NCBI GenBank assembly: GCA_963727525.1
Contig: CAVSGO010000002.1
Coordinates: 128,001 to 192,000, forward strand
Direction of reading: 5' to 3'
Length of the DNA: 64,000 bases
DNA from: an uncultured bacterium
Lineage (GTDB): Bacteria; Krumholzibacteriota; Krumholzibacteriia; LZORAL124-64-63
In this document: positions 10,296 to 23,568 of the stretch, piece by piece
Layout of the letters: each line of letters starts with the position of its first letter
Numbering within the stretch: the stretch's first letter is position 1
The notes under the pieces: model-generated
The model's database searches: none
Told to the model about the DNA's origin: nothing
Seen by the model: the letters and a program-made list of their open reading frames with translations, nothing else
Program-made: the position numbers and the translations under genes

Positions 10296-10724
10296 TCAGA
10301 TCTGCGTGCCGCCACCGGCCTGGGGGCTCTGGCGCGGCAAATGCTGAAGCATGCGATCCAGCTCCGCCAGGACATCCTGGGCCTTCGCGTTCAAGATGGC
10401 GGTCCGTGCCACGGCCACCACCCAGAGGCCCGCGCGGGGATCGCCTGCGAGGGCGAATCGCTGCCGGATGTCGGTAGCGGACCCGTTGGTCCGCAGGATC
10501 CGCACGCCGAGTGCCTCCCGTAGGAGGCGTTTCGCGCGATTGCGGGCGACGGCGCCACCTACGCGTCGGCTGGCGACCACGGCCCTCGCCAGGTCATCGC
10601 CAGGACACAGATAGAGCACGAACAGGCGTCCTACCATCTTGACGCCCGTTTCGTAGATCCTGGAGAACTCGTCCCGGTGTCGCAAGGCTCGCCAGAGTGA
10701 GCCACCGCGACGTGGAGGGCTCAA
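10296..10724 (-). CDS. rnpA: Ribonuclease P protein component
   Basis: 'EFSRIYETG', RNR motif '[16 protein letters not shown]'; between rpmH and yidD. Confidence 0.92.
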   Translation of the reverse strand: MSPPRRGGSLWRALRHRDEFSRIYETGVKMVGRLFVLYLCPGDDLARAVVASRRVGGAVARNRAKRLLREALGVRILRTNGSATDIRQRFALAGDPRAGLWVVAVARTAILNAKAQDVLAELDRMLQHLPRQSPQAGGGTQI

Positions 10725-10855
10725 GCGGAAAGACGCTTGCGGCCCTTGGCACGCCGACGCTTCAGCACCAGCCGACCGGCGCGGGTCGCCATGCGCTTGC
10801 GGAAGCCGTGCCGACGGGCACGCACCAAGACGCTGGGTTGAAAAGTCCGCTTCAC
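10721..10855 (-). CDS. rpmH: 50S ribosomal protein L34
   Basis: Not in the ORF track. Manual translation from GTG 10855: [44 protein letters not shown] (44 aa); GGAG RBS upstream. Confidence 0.97.
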   Translation of the reverse strand: MKRTFQPSVLVRARRHGFRKRMATRAGRLVLKRRRAKGRKRLSA

Positions 10856-11310
10856 GGGTGACTCCTTTGAAACCTCTCGACTGACATTGGCCGCAGAAGT
10901 TAAGTCGAGTTCGTCTGTACTGTCAAGAAAATCCGGAGGTTATCCACGTTGGCGACAGAGACTTCGTCCCGCTTCTCCCCCGCATGTCGACAAGGCGACC
11001 CTCCGGGCGGGCGCCCCCGGGTTCCGACCCGTAAAAACCTACCGATCGAGCCGACAACAGGTTACCAGAACTGTCCCAACGCTCCCGGACAAAGTCCTTG
11101 CCGACCTCAAGGGTGAGTGATAGTTTCCCGGCGGACGACGACAAGCGATTGAAGACAAATCTAGGGTTATCCACGGCTCTGGTGTTTTGTTGATAAGTTT
11201 GGAAAAATTTCTGGTTGTCGTTTGTTAATTTGTGTTTTTTGAAGTGTTTATGGCGGTTGTTGGTTTGTTGATAACTCTTGCGGTTACGCTGGGCTGGTGA
11301 GGGAGAATCC
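10856..11310. other. oriC part 1 / divergent rpmH-dnaA promoter region with DnaA boxes and AT-rich tract
   Basis: TTATCCACG at 10940 and 11167; TGTTGATAA (reverse complement TTATCAACA) at 11188 and 11266; AT-rich tract ~11180-11280; gene orientation switches here. Confidence 0.8.
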
Positions 11311-12729
11311 ATGGAACCCGCGATGAACGACTCCCTTGATTCCTGCTGGCCAGACATCCTCGGAGTCGTGCGTCGCAAGGTCCCGCAGCAGACCTACGAC
11401 ACCTGGTTCCTGCCCTTGCAACCGCTGGATGGGCAGAGCGGCGGTTTTCAGGTATCCTGCCCCAATCATTTCTTCCTGGACTGGTTCAGCGAACACCACC
11501 TGCGGACACTCAACGAGGCCGGTTCGTCGTTCTTCGGCCGGCCGGTCGTGTTCCAGCTCATCGTTCCCCAGGACTCCGAATCAGGTGGCGACGCCTTCGA
11601 GGACATCTTCGTGCCGCAGGTGGTGGACGCGATCCCCAGCCCGCTGCCGCCGCCCGCGGTGAAGGTGCGGGAGACCTACGACCTGGATACGGGTTCGATG
11701 CGGAGCAGTCTGAATCCCGACTACACGTTCGCGAACTTCGTCGTGGGATCAGGCACCGACCTCGCCTACGCCGCCGCCACCGCGGTGGCAGGCACGCCAG
11801 GCGACCACTTCAATCCGCTATTCGTCCACGGCGGTGTGGGCCTGGGCAAGACCCATCTCATGCACGCGATCGGCAACCACATCGCCGAGCACCGCCCCGA
11901 AGCGAAGATATGCTACGTCACGGCCGAGCGCTTCATGAGCGAGTTGATTCTCGCCATCCAGCAGCGCAAGCAGCCGGAGTTCAAGATCAAGTACCGCAGC
12001 GTCGACGTGTTGCTCGTCGACGACGTGGCCTTCCTGGCCGGCAAGGAGTCGACCCAGGAGGAGTTTTTCCACACCTTCAACGCCCTCTACGACTACAAGA
12101 AGCAGATCGTGCTGACCTCCGATCGTTCGCCGAAGGAGATCACGACCCTCGAGGAGCGCCTGCGTTCGCGGTTCGAGTGGGGACTCATCACCGACATCCA
12201 GCCGCCGAATCTCGAGACCCGCATCGCGATCCTCAAGCGCAAGGTGGAAACCAACCACATCGCGATCTCCGACGACGTCATCGACTTCGTTGCCGAAAAC
12301 ATCACCGACAATATCCGCAGACTCGAGGGAGCGCTGGTTCGCTTGCTGGCGTTCGCAAGCTTGACGCGACGCGACATCACCCTGGAGATGGCCTCGGAAG
12401 TTCTCTCCTCCTTCTTCCATGGTCCTGTCACCGGGCCAACGCGGATCGCCGACGTCATCGACGTGGTCGCCGACTACTTCGATTTCTCGGTCGATCAGCT
12501 CAAGTCCAAACGACGCACCCAGGACCTGGCCCGGGCTCGTCAAGTTGCGATGCACCTCGCCCGTGAGTTGACCGGCGCTTCCCTCAACCAGATTGGCCGC
12601 ACGCTCGGCGATCGCGATCATTCCACCGTCTCGCATGCTTGCCAGACGATCGCCGAGATTGCCAACCGTGACCCGCGTTTCCGCGGTACCCTGAAGGACA
12701 TCACGGACCGTATCCGCGAACGACGCTAG
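11311..12729 (+). CDS. dnaA: Chromosomal replication initiator DnaA
   Basis: 'LNPDYTFANFVVG', 'FNPLFVHGGVGLGKTHL', 'DVLLVDDV.FL', 'QEEFFHTFN', 'RDHSTV'. Confidence 0.99.
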   Translation: MEPAMNDSLDSCWPDILGVVRRKVPQQTYDTWFLPLQPLDGQSGGFQVSCPNHFFLDWFSEHHLRTLNEAGSSFFGRPVVFQLIVPQDSESGGDAFEDIFVPQVVDAIPSPLPPPAVKVRETYDLDTGSMRSSLNPDYTFANFVVGSGTDLAYAAATAVAGTPGDHFNPLFVHGGVGLGKTHLMHAIGNHIAEHRPEAKICYVTAERFMSELILAIQQRKQPEFKIKYRSVDVLLVDDVAFLAGKESTQEEFFHTFNALYDYKKQIVLTSDRSPKEITTLEERLRSRFEWGLITDIQPPNLETRIAILKRKVETNHIAISDDVIDFVAENITDNIRRLEGALVRLLAFASLTRRDITLEMASEVLSSFFHGPVTGPTRIADVIDVVADYFDFSVDQLKSKRRTQDLARARQVAMHLARELTGASLNQIGRTLGDRDHSTVSHACQTIAEIANRDPRFRGTLKDITDRIRERR

Positions 12730-12750
12730 TGGGCGCGTGGCACCTATGCC

Positions 12751-12792
12751 AACCCTCCCGGAGGCCCTGCGCACCCGGGAGGGTTTCTCTTG
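12751..12792 (+). terminator. Hairpin after dnaA (possible intrinsic terminator)
   Basis: AACCCTCCCGG (12751-12761) pairs with CCGGGAGGGTT (12775-12785), followed by TCTCTT. Confidence 0.55.
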
Positions 12793-12799
12793 CCCGCCA

Positions 12800-13030
12800 C
12801 TTTCCCGGGGACAACCAGGGGATGGAGTCGGGAGTAACCCGTTGATGACGCCCCGGTCCCGGCGGACAACTCGCGGCGACACCCCGTGGCCGGGGGATAG
12901 TTGGTGAACCATCCACAACTTACCAACGGGGATACTTACGTGCAGGAACGGTGCCCGCAACCGTTTGGGGTCGTTATCCCCACCATCCCCCACCCCTACC
13001 GCCACTGCTGCTTATTTATCTATAAACCCG
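12800..13030. other. oriC part 2 (dnaA-dnaN intergenic): degenerate DnaA boxes and putative unwinding element
   Basis: CCATCCACA 12909, TTATCCCCA 12974, several GGGGAYA variants, then a C-rich stretch, trinucleotide-like CCTACCGCCACTGCTGCT and AT-rich TATTTATCTATAAA. Confidence 0.7.
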
Positions 13031-13132
13031 GAACCGGAGGAACAAGGCATCACGCTTGATGCACCAGGGTTGATCGCCTATCATAGCGATCCTTCGAGCT
13101 GACCTTGAAACCCGTGAGCGGAGGACCGGACC

Positions 13133-14257
13133 GTGAAGTTCGAGATCCAGCAAGAGGACCTGCAGAAGTCTCTGGACGTGGTCGCCGGTGTCGTGCCGAA
13201 CAAGACCACCCTGCCGATCCTGACCTGCATCCTCATGGATGCCGACAAGAAGGGTATCACCCTGTCGGCCACGAACCTCGACATCTCAGTCCTCACGCGC
13301 TGTGAGCAGGTGGACGTCCAGTCCGCGGGCAAGGTGGCCGTGCCGGCGGCGAAGTTCGTCAACTTCGTCCGCAGCCTGGCGCCGGGCAACGTGAAGCTGG
13401 AGATCAAGGGCGGTCGCCTCTCCGTGCGTTCGGGCAAGGCCTCGCTCGAGGAAGTGTGCATGAATCCCGAAGAGTACCCCGCTCTGCCGCAGACGGCGGC
13501 CGGCGAGGGGCTATCGGTCGATGGCAGTCAGCTCGTGGCCATGATCGGCGAGACGGCCTACGCCGTATCGCGCGATGAGACGCGGCCCGCGCTCATGGGC
13601 ATCCTCTGGGAGGTCGATCCGGACGGCATGACCATGGTCGCCACCGATGCCCATCGTCTGGCGCGCTCTCATCGCGCGCTTGCATGGGACAACAAGGACA
13701 CGCGCTCGCTCATCGTCGACACGGCCGGCCTGCGGCATCTGCCGCGCCTCGTCCCAGCCGGTGAGGAGAGCGCGGTGGAGATCTTCCTGGGCGAGAACCA
13801 GCTCAGCTTCCGCGCGGGCGCCTCGGTGCTCCACACGCGCCTGCTCGAGGGGCCATTCCCCGACTACCGCGCCGTCATCCCATCGGGAAACGACAAGGTG
13901 GTCACGGCCGATCGCGAGGGTTTCGCGCAGGCCATCCGCCGCGTGGCCATCACGGCCGATCGCATCACGAGCCAGGTTCGGCTTGGCCTCGAGAAGGGTC
14001 GGCTCGAGATGTCAGCCAAGGGTTCCGACGGCAGCCGTGCCGAGGACGAACTCGACGTGGCCTACGACGGCGATGCCATGGAGATCGGGTTCAACTTTAC
14101 CTATCTCCAGGACGTCCTGAAGAACATCCGCACCGATAGCGTGCAGATCCGGCTGCGCGACGCGCAGAGCGCGGCGCTGATCGAGCCGATCGACCCCGAG
14201 AAGGAGCAGGCCGATCTGCTTTGCCTTCTCATGCCACTGCGCCTCGCCGGTGACTGA
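13133..14257 (+). CDS. dnaN: DNA polymerase III beta sliding clamp
   Basis: 'KTTLPILT.IL', 'SATNLDI', 'DETRPALMG', 'VATDAHRLA', 'RLLEGPFPDY', C-terminal 'LLMPLRL'. Confidence 0.98.
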   Translation: MKFEIQQEDLQKSLDVVAGVVPNKTTLPILTCILMDADKKGITLSATNLDISVLTRCEQVDVQSAGKVAVPAAKFVNFVRSLAPGNVKLEIKGGRLSVRSGKASLEEVCMNPEEYPALPQTAAGEGLSVDGSQLVAMIGETAYAVSRDETRPALMGILWEVDPDGMTMVATDAHRLARSHRALAWDNKDTRSLIVDTAGLRHLPRLVPAGEESAVEIFLGENQLSFRAGASVLHTRLLEGPFPDYRAVIPSGNDKVVTADREGFAQAIRRVAITADRITSQVRLGLEKGRLEMSAKGSDGSRAEDELDVAYDGDAMEIGFNFTYLQDVLKNIRTDSVQIRLRDAQSAALIEPIDPEKEQADLLCLLMPLRLAGD

Positions 14258-14260
14258 TCC

Positions 14261-15393
14261 ATGCGCATCGACGGCGCGCGGTTGACTGGCTTTCGCAACC
14301 TGGTCGACGGCGCGTGGTCGTTCTCCGCCGGAGTGAACATCCTGCTCGGGTGCAACGGCCAGGGCAAGACGAACCTGCTCGAGGCACTCGACTACCCGGC
14401 GCTGGGGCGCTCCCACCGGGGCGCACGCAACGACGACCTCATTCGTTTCGGCTCCCAGCACCTCCACGTGGCCCTCGATATCCAGCACGACGACGGTACG
14501 ACGCACCGCTGCGAATTCGGACTCGAGCGCGGCGGGGCCAGCCGTTTCAAGATCGACGGCGAGGTCCTCGCACGCCGCGCGGATCTGGTCGGGCGGTTGG
14601 CGACTGTCTTCTTCCAGCCCGAGAGCATCGAACTCGTGCGTGGCGGCCCCGAGCTGCGCCGCCGTTTTGCCGACCAGAGCCTCGCCGGACTCGACCCCGT
14701 CTATCTCGGCCACCTCGTGGCCTATCAGCGCGCCCTGCGGCAGAAGTCGGCCCTCTTGAGGGACCTGCAGCAAGGGCTGCGCGATCGCCGGCGCGGGCTC
14801 GATGAGGTTTCGGCCTGGAATCGCGAACTCGCGCGCCAGGCCGCGCCCCTTTGCCGGTCCAGGTCCGCCTTCGCGGTGGCGCTCGAACCCTGCGCCGCGG
14901 CCGTCTATGACGACCTCACGGTGCGCACGAACGACCTCACGGTGGCCTACCGGCCGCACCTGCGCTGCTGTCGCGAATCGGTCGATTCCGCGCAATTGGA
15001 AGCGGATATTCTGGCGGAAATGGATTATATTGGGTCGGATGAAATCCGGCGGGGACGTCCCCTGGCCGGGCCTCATCGGGATGATTTCGAGGTCCGACTC
15101 GCCGGGCGCGATCTGCGCGTTTTCGGCTCGCAAGGGGAGGCGCGAAGCGCGGCGGTGTCGCTGATCCTCGCCCAGAGCGACGTGGTCTTCCAGATGCGGA
15201 GGATCCGACCCGTTCTCTTCCTGGACGACATCTTCAGCGAGCTGGACCGCGAGCGCGCCCGCCGCTTGCAGGATCGCTGTGCGCGGCATCATCAGGTATT
15301 CGTGGCGACGGCGCGGAGCGAGGACGTGGCGCAGTGGCAGCCACCGGAACTCCGGAGCTGGCGCGTGGAGGCCGGATCGCTGATCGAGAGCAC

Positions 15394-15397
<4 letters not shown>
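14261..15397 (+). CDS. recF: DNA replication/repair protein RecF
   Basis: 'FRN', Walker A 'GCNGQGKTNLLEA', 'GGPELRRRF', 'GPHRDD', 'GSQGE', 'LFLDDIFSELD'. Confidence 0.97.
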
Positions 15398-17684
<2,287 letters not shown>

Positions 17685-17734
17685 ATCCAACCCGTACTTC
17701 GGGATCGAACCTGGGCATTCTGCGAGGCCACGAC

Positions 17735-20287
17735 GTGACGGACCAGCGCGACGAAAACATGGACGACCAGTCTCCCATCATGCGCACGAACACCGGCGAG
17801 ACGATCCTCGATGTCGGCATCGAGGACAAGATGAAGAGCTCGTACCTCGAGTACAGCATGAGCGTCATCATCTCCCGTGCGCTGCCTGACGTCCGCGATG
17901 GACTCAAGCCCGTGCATCGCCGCGTGTTGACGGCGATGAACGACCTGAACCTGCAGCCGGGCAGGCCCTATCGCAAGAGCGCCAAGATCACCGGCGATAC
18001 CACGGGTAACTACCACCCGCACGGCACGGCCGCGGTGTATGACACGCTCGTGCGCATGGCGCAGGACTTCAGCCTGCGCTACCCACTGGTCGACGGTCAG
18101 GGCAACTTCGGATCGGTCGATGGCGACAGCCCTGCGGCCGAACGCTACACCGAGGCGCGCTTGACCAGGTTCGCCACGGAGATGATGGCGGACATCGAGA
18201 AGGAGACCGTCGACTTCGTGCCCAACTACGACGGCTCTCGCGAGATGCCGTCGGTGATGCCAGCGCGAGTGCCGAACCTGCTGGTGAACGGCGCCGACGG
18301 CATCGCGGTGGGCATGGCCACGAAGATTCCTCCCCACAACCTGGACGAGGTATGCGACGGACTCGAGGCGGTGATGGACAATCCCGACCTCGAGCCGGCC
18401 GAGATGCTTCGCTACGTGCAGGGGCCGGATTTCCCGACCGGCGGTATCATCCACGGCCGCCGCGGCATCCATGACTACGTGACCACGGGGCGCGGTCGCG
18501 TGATCGTGCGCGCACGCACCGATATCGAGATCGAGGACGGCGGCCGCGCCAAGATCATCGTCACCGAGATCCCGTACCAGGTGAACAAGTCCGCCCTCAT
18601 CGAGCGCATCGCCCAGCTCGTGCGCGGCGGACAGCTCGAGGGCATCAGCGACCTGCGCGACGAGTCCGATCGCCAGGGCATGCGCATCGTCGTCGTGCTC
18701 AAGCGTGACGCCTATCCGCAGGTGGTGCTCAACAAGCTCTATGCGCATACCCATATGCAGAGCACCTTCGGCGTCATCAACCTGGCGCTGGTCGACAACC
18801 GTCCCCAGGTGATGTCGTTGAAGGAGACGATGCGCCACTTCCTCGCCTTCCGCGAGGAAGTCGTGGTGCGGCGCACGCGCTACGATCTACGCAAGGCCGA
18901 GGAGCGCGCCCACATCCTCGAGGGCTATCGCATCGCCCTCGATCACATCGACGAGATCGTCGCGCTCATCCGCAAGAGCGAATCCACCGACGAGGCGCGC
19001 ACGGAGCTCGTGGCGCGGTTCGCCCTGAGCGAGATCCAGGCGCAGGCCATCCTCGACATGCGCCTCGCCCGCCTCACCGGCCTCGAACGCCAGAAGATCG
19101 AGGACGAGTACCGCGCACTGCTCGAGAAGATCTCCTATTACAATCAGGTGCTGGCCAGCCGCGCGCTGGTGCTGCAGATCATCCGCGACGAGATCGAGGA
19201 GGTCCGCAAGGCCTATGGCGATGCGCGCCGCACGGAGATCGTCGAGGACGAGGGCGAGATCGACATCGAGGACCTCATCGCCGACGAGCCGATGGCGGTG
19301 ACTCTAAGCAACCAGGGCTACGCCAAGCGCATCGCCCTCGACACCTATCGCCAGCAGGGCCGCGGCGGCAAGGGCATCACCGGCATGCAGACGAAGGACG
19401 AGGACTTCGTCGATGCCATCTTCGTGGCCTCGGCGCACCAGTATCTCCTGGTGATCACCGAGGGCGGCGTGCTGCACTGGCTGAAGGTGCACCGGATCCC
19501 GCAGGCCGGGCGAACGAGCCGCGGCAAACCGCTGGTGAACCTCATCGAGATCCAGCCTGGCGATCGCATCCACGCCGTGGTGCCGGTGCACGAGTTCACC
19601 GAGGACCACTACCTGGCCATGGTGACCAACCTGGGCATCGTCAAGCGCACCACTCTGGCCGAGTTCTCGCGTCCGCGCCGGGCCGGCATCCGCGCGATCA
19701 ATCTCGTCGAGGGCGAGAGGCTCGTCACCGTCCGCGAGACGGACGGCAACAGCGACCTGGTCCTGGGCGCCAGCAACGGCATGGCCATCCGCTTCCACGA
19801 GTCCGATGCGCGCGGGATGGGCCGTACGGCCCGCGGCGTGCGCGGCATCGCGCTCGACAAGGGCGAGGAAGTGGTGGGAATGGTCGTCGTGAGCGACGGC
19901 GACGAGGAGATCCTCGCGGTCACGGAGAACGGCTATGGCAAGCGCACTCCGGCGGATGAGTACCGCGTTCAGCGGCGGGGCGGACGCGGCCTCATCACCA
20001 TCAAGTGCACGGAACGCAACGGCAAGCTCATCACGATCCGCGGCGTGAAGTCCGACGAGGAACTCATGATCATCACGCGCGGCGGCATCATGATCCGCGT
20101 GGCCGTGGACAGCGTGCGCAGCCTGGGACGCAACACGCAGGGCGTGCGCATCATCAATATCAATGCGGGCGATCGCGTGGGTGGCGTGGCGACGATCTCG
20201 CCGGAGGAGATGGCCTTCGAGGGCGATGCCGAGGGCGAGCCCGCCTCCGCTGGGGAACCTGGAGACGGCGACGATTCCGGCTCGTGA
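17735..20287 (+). CDS. gyrA: DNA gyrase subunit A
   Basis: '[16 protein letters not shown]', 'YHPHG', active-site 'AAERYTEAR', GyrA box 'QQGRGGKG', beta-pinwheel repeats. Confidence 0.99.
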   Translation: MTDQRDENMDDQSPIMRTNTGETILDVGIEDKMKSSYLEYSMSVIISRALPDVRDGLKPVHRRVLTAMNDLNLQPGRPYRKSAKITGDTTGNYHPHGTAAVYDTLVRMAQDFSLRYPLVDGQGNFGSVDGDSPAAERYTEARLTRFATEMMADIEKETVDFVPNYDGSREMPSVMPARVPNLLVNGADGIAVGMATKIPPHNLDEVCDGLEAVMDNPDLEPAEMLRYVQGPDFPTGGIIHGRRGIHDYVTTGRGRVIVRARTDIEIEDGGRAKIIVTEIPYQVNKSALIERIAQLVRGGQLEGISDLRDESDRQGMRIVVVLKRDAYPQVVLNKLYAHTHMQSTFGVINLALVDNRPQVMSLKETMRHFLAFREEVVVRRTRYDLRKAEERAHILEGYRIALDHIDEIVALIRKSESTDEARTELVARFALSEIQAQAILDMRLARLTGLERQKIEDEYRALLEKISYYNQVLASRALVLQIIRDEIEEVRKAYGDARRTEIVEDEGEIDIEDLIADEPMAVTLSNQGYAKRIALDTYRQQGRGGKGITGMQTKDEDFVDAIFVASAHQYLLVITEGGVLHWLKVHRIPQAGRTSRGKPLVNLIEIQPGDRIHAVVPVHEFTEDHYLAMVTNLGIVKRTTLAEFSRPRRAGIRAINLVEGERLVTVRETDGNSDLVLGASNGMAIRFHESDARGMGRTARGVRGIALDKGEEVVGMVVVSDGDEEILAVTENGYGKRTPADEYRVQRRGGRGLITIKCTERNGKLITIRGVKSDEELMIITRGGIMIRVAVDSVRSLGRNTQGVRIININAGDRVGGVATISPEEMAFEGDAEGEPASAGEPGDGDDSGS

Positions 20288-20294
20288 CGGCGGA

Positions 20295-21413
20295 TCAGTA
20301 CCTCAGTGTGATCAGGAACCGCGGGTTGCGGAAGGGGTGCCCCGACTCCCGGGTATCGAAGGGAATCGGGGGGTCCGCAGGTCCCAGGAGTTGCAGGTTC
20401 ACGCCCCAGACCTCCCCGTTCGGTGTCGCGGAGAACGCCGCGGTCACGTCGATCGTGGCGCGGTATGCGTCGATCGTGTAGGGCAGGAGAGGTGCGTCCT
20501 GGACACCGAGGGGATTCGTGAGCGGCGGCAGGTTGCCCACCGACACGGAATCCTCGAACCACGAACCGTAGGCGACCGTGTAGCGCATCGAGAGCAGCGA
20601 CGGAGGTTGCACGCTATCGGGAAACGCAGCGCAAACCTCGAGCTGCGCGTCCACCACGGTGATGGGATAAGGGCGGATCGGCCAGTCGAATCCCACGAGA
20701 AACGACCGCCGCGGGTCAACCGTGATCACGACCGGCGAGACCGAGCCGAAGTGATTCCACGGATCGTCATCGTCGTCCCAGTGGATGGCCGCGTCGATCA
20801 TGCCCGTGAGCGTCACGGAGGTTTCCTTCTGAATGATGTCCTGCATGTCGAGCACCGGCCCGGCCAGGACGATCCGGCGCGTGTAGTCGACGAAATTCGC
20901 GTGGGAGATGCGCAGGTCGTGGGGACCGAGCGGAACATCACCGAGGGACCAGCGACCGTCGAGATCGGTGCTGGCCTCCCGGCTTTCGATCTGGACCATG
21001 GCGTTTACCACCGGCCCCTCGAGCTGGTGAATCACCTGACCCGACACCGTCACGAGCGTGTCCACCGGGGTCAGCTCGATGCGTAAGCTCTGGTACTCGT
21101 CGACACGAAGGGCGCTGCGCTCCGTCTGGAAGGTGGGAGCCTCGACCGTCACCTCCTGCGGCCCGCGCGGCACGTCGCGCAGGAGGAAGCGGCCTTGCGA
21201 ATCGGTCACGTCCTCGACGCCCTGGCACGCGACATGGGCGCCGCCGATCGGATTCACCGTGTAGCGCGCGTAGACGGAACCCGACACCGAACCGACATCG
21301 GGAGTCGGGCCGCCGGTGTCGCAACCAGGGCCCAGAAGCATGGCGGCGGCCAGACCCAGGGCCCACCCCGTGGCGAGGCGAAACCGGTCCATCCCTCGTG
21401 ACGATCGCATCAT
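20295..21413 (-). CDS. Lipoprotein with two carboxypeptidase-regulatory-like domains and a C-terminal DNRLRE-like beta domain
   Basis: Lipobox-like 'LLGPGC'; repeated 'TDSQGRF.L.DVP.G' / 'TDLDGRW.L.DVP.G'; C-terminal 'W.EDSVS..N.P', 'IDVT', 'FDTRES...P'; GGAGG RBS. Confidence 0.6.
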   Translation of the reverse strand: MMRSSRGMDRFRLATGWALGLAAAMLLGPGCDTGGPTPDVGSVSGSVYARYTVNPIGGAHVACQGVEDVTDSQGRFLLRDVPRGPQEVTVEAPTFQTERSALRVDEYQSLRIELTPVDTLVTVSGQVIHQLEGPVVNAMVQIESREASTDLDGRWSLGDVPLGPHDLRISHANFVDYTRRIVLAGPVLDMQDIIQKETSVTLTGMIDAAIHWDDDDDPWNHFGSVSPVVITVDPRRSFLVGFDWPIRPYPITVVDAQLEVCAAFPDSVQPPSLLSMRYTVAYGSWFEDSVSVGNLPPLTNPLGVQDAPLLPYTIDAYRATIDVTAAFSATPNGEVWGVNLQLLGPADPPIPFDTRESGHPFRNPRFLITLRY

Positions 21414-21665
21414 CCCTCCTCCGAGGCGTATATGACGATACGGGATCGCAGCGACCGGCGCAAGGCCGGGGTACCCCTCAAGGGGATGGCGGCCGCTGAA
21501 CCCGCCATTGCGGAACCGGGGGGTGCCTGGCTACACTTGGGCCGATTATCTGGAGGCCCGGCTGCACGGGCCTGATCCCCGGACGGCCTTCGCCCCCGCC
21601 CGGAGGCAACGACCGGACGCCACGTGGCGTTCCGGTCGAGGTCGTATGAGGAGAAGTCCGTGCCC

Positions 21666-23384
21666 ATGACGATCCTGCGTCGCCTGCCGTTGCTGGCGTT
21701 CGCCCTGGTGTGGGCGGCCTCCGCCGCGGCAGCACCCATCATCTCCTACGCGCTCGGACCGCGCCTCGAGGCGCGAGTCGATGAGAACGGGACCGTCGCG
21801 CTCGGCTGGCAAGCCGGCGGAACCTGGCACGCACTCCTGACGGCTGCCGCCCCCGACGCCGGCGCGACGGATGCTCGCGGTGGCGCAATGCGCGTCTTCT
21901 CCCGTGTGGCCGGCGAGGGAGCCCCCAACGGCCAGCGAGGCTTCGGGCGGCGGGCGGATGACGATGGCGACACCGCGTTCGACGAGGACCGCCTCGATGG
22001 CCTCGACAACGACGGCGACGGCAAGGTCGACGAGGATTTCGCCGGGATCAGCGATTTCATGGGCGTGGTCGATCGCACGCGGGATGGACGCGGTCTCCAT
22101 CTCGAGACGTACCACTGGTCGTATCCGAATCTGCGGACCATCGTGGCGGTATCGCTGCAGCCGATCGGGCTGGACGTGGATGGCACCGACACCTGGACCG
22201 TCACGCTCGCCACCGGCGCCTGGATGCCGACCTCGCGACTGTGTCGGCACGGCCGCGCCGAGGGGCCCGCATTGCTGGCCCGCATGGCCGATCCGCGGAC
22301 CTCGCCGGGCGATCTCTGGTTCGGCGTGGCGGTGCTCCATGACGTGGACACGGATCGCCCGCGGATGCGGCTCCATAGGCAAGAAGGCCGTATCGATATC
22401 CCCTTGCCGGCTGATGGTTGCGTACTGATCCTCAGCGCCGGACCGACGGAGACCCAGGTGGCGACCGATCTCCGCGAAGCCCGCGAGGTGTGGCGCGGTG
22501 CCGTCGATCCGGTGTCGGGGAAGCGGATGGCCTGGCTTCCGCCGCCACGACCGGCCGAGGTGCCCGAGGCACGGATTCCCGACGCCGAGATCACACAGCG
22601 TGCGGACGGCGGCCTCGATGTCACCTTCCACGTGGCTCCTGGGCAGGATCCACGCTTCGATCCGCAGCTCCTCGTGCTCGATGGACACCCCCTCGGCTCG
22701 CCCCGCGAGGTGGCCTGGCGCACCGTTGGCGACACCGCGCGGGCGATGCCCTGGGACGACGGTCCCGAAGTACCGACCGAATCGGTCGGCCCCGACCCCT
22801 GCGGCCCGTTTTCTGACCTCATGCCCGCAGGCCTGGCCCGGGAGTCCGGGACCCTGGTCCTCGTCTTCGCCGCCGCTGGCGAGCGATCGCTGGCGCCGGT
22901 GAGTCGCCTCGATCTGACCTATGCCGACGGGCGCCACGCCTCCCGGGCGGGCGTGCCGGTGACGTTCGCCACCGCCGCGCCCCCGCGGGACGACGGAGCC
23001 GCGCCGGCCGAGGGCGGCCCCCAGCTCGCCCCGGCCTTGCTCGGCAATTTCCCCAATCCCTTCCACGTGCAGACAAGGGTGCAATACCGCGTTCCCGCCA
23101 CGGTCGGCGAGGGATTCGTGTGGCCCGAGGGCGCGGAACCTGCGCTCGCGGCCGACGCGCGCATCCCCTATCGGACAGAGACACCATCCGTGTCCGTGCG
23201 GATTTTCGGCGTCGATGGTCGCGAGATCGTGACACTTGGTGCGGGGCCGCACGCCGTCGGCAGGTACGAGGCCGAGTGGGACGGAAGGGATGCGGAGGGG
23301 CGCTTGCTTGCCTCGGGTACATACTTCTGTAAGCTCCAAATCGAAAATTGGAGTGTCACAAAACGGCTTGTTTTTGTCCGTTAA
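21666..23384 (+). CDS. Secreted protein with acidic Ca-binding-like motif and C-terminal FlgD-Ig/T9SS-type sorting domain
   Basis: Signal peptide; 'DDDGD..FDED.LDGLDNDGDGKVDED'; tail 'NFPNPF...VRIFGVDGREIVTL...WDGRDAEGRLLASGTYFCKL'. Confidence 0.7.
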   Translation: MTILRRLPLLAFALVWAASAAAAPIISYALGPRLEARVDENGTVALGWQAGGTWHALLTAAAPDAGATDARGGAMRVFSRVAGEGAPNGQRGFGRRADDDGDTAFDEDRLDGLDNDGDGKVDEDFAGISDFMGVVDRTRDGRGLHLETYHWSYPNLRTIVAVSLQPIGLDVDGTDTWTVTLATGAWMPTSRLCRHGRAEGPALLARMADPRTSPGDLWFGVAVLHDVDTDRPRMRLHRQEGRIDIPLPADGCVLILSAGPTETQVATDLREAREVWRGAVDPVSGKRMAWLPPPRPAEVPEARIPDAEITQRADGGLDVTFHVAPGQDPRFDPQLLVLDGHPLGSPREVAWRTVGDTARAMPWDDGPEVPTESVGPDPCGPFSDLMPAGLARESGTLVLVFAAAGERSLAPVSRLDLTYADGRHASRAGVPVTFATAAPPRDDGAAPAEGGPQLAPALLGNFPNPFHVQTRVQYRVPATVGEGFVWPEGAEPALAADARIPYRTETPSVSVRIFGVDGREIVTLGAGPHAVGRYEAEWDGRDAEGRLLASGTYFCKLQIENWSVTKRLVFVR

Positions 23385-23568
23385 AAGAACTTTTCGCTCT
23401 CTGGCTGAGAATTGGTCCAAAAAATTTTAAGAATTTATGAATTTGATCGTGGACAATGTCGTCCGTGGGTGTTTAAATTGTTAGCAGTGAGGTACGGAAT
23501 TTTAATATTCCATTACATCTGTGCGCTGCCCAAGCTGGATTCCCCGATCGGATTTTTTGGGGGACGTC

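Noticed and set aside
10923..11378. 151-aa minus-strand ORF upstream of dnaA
   Set aside because: It runs through the AT-rich DnaA-box region and overlaps the dnaA start; its N/K/Q-rich composition mirrors non-coding DNA.
22625..22640. TTCCACGTGGCT as an additional parS
   Set aside because: Only the core matches, the flanks break the palindrome, and it lies inside a CDS.
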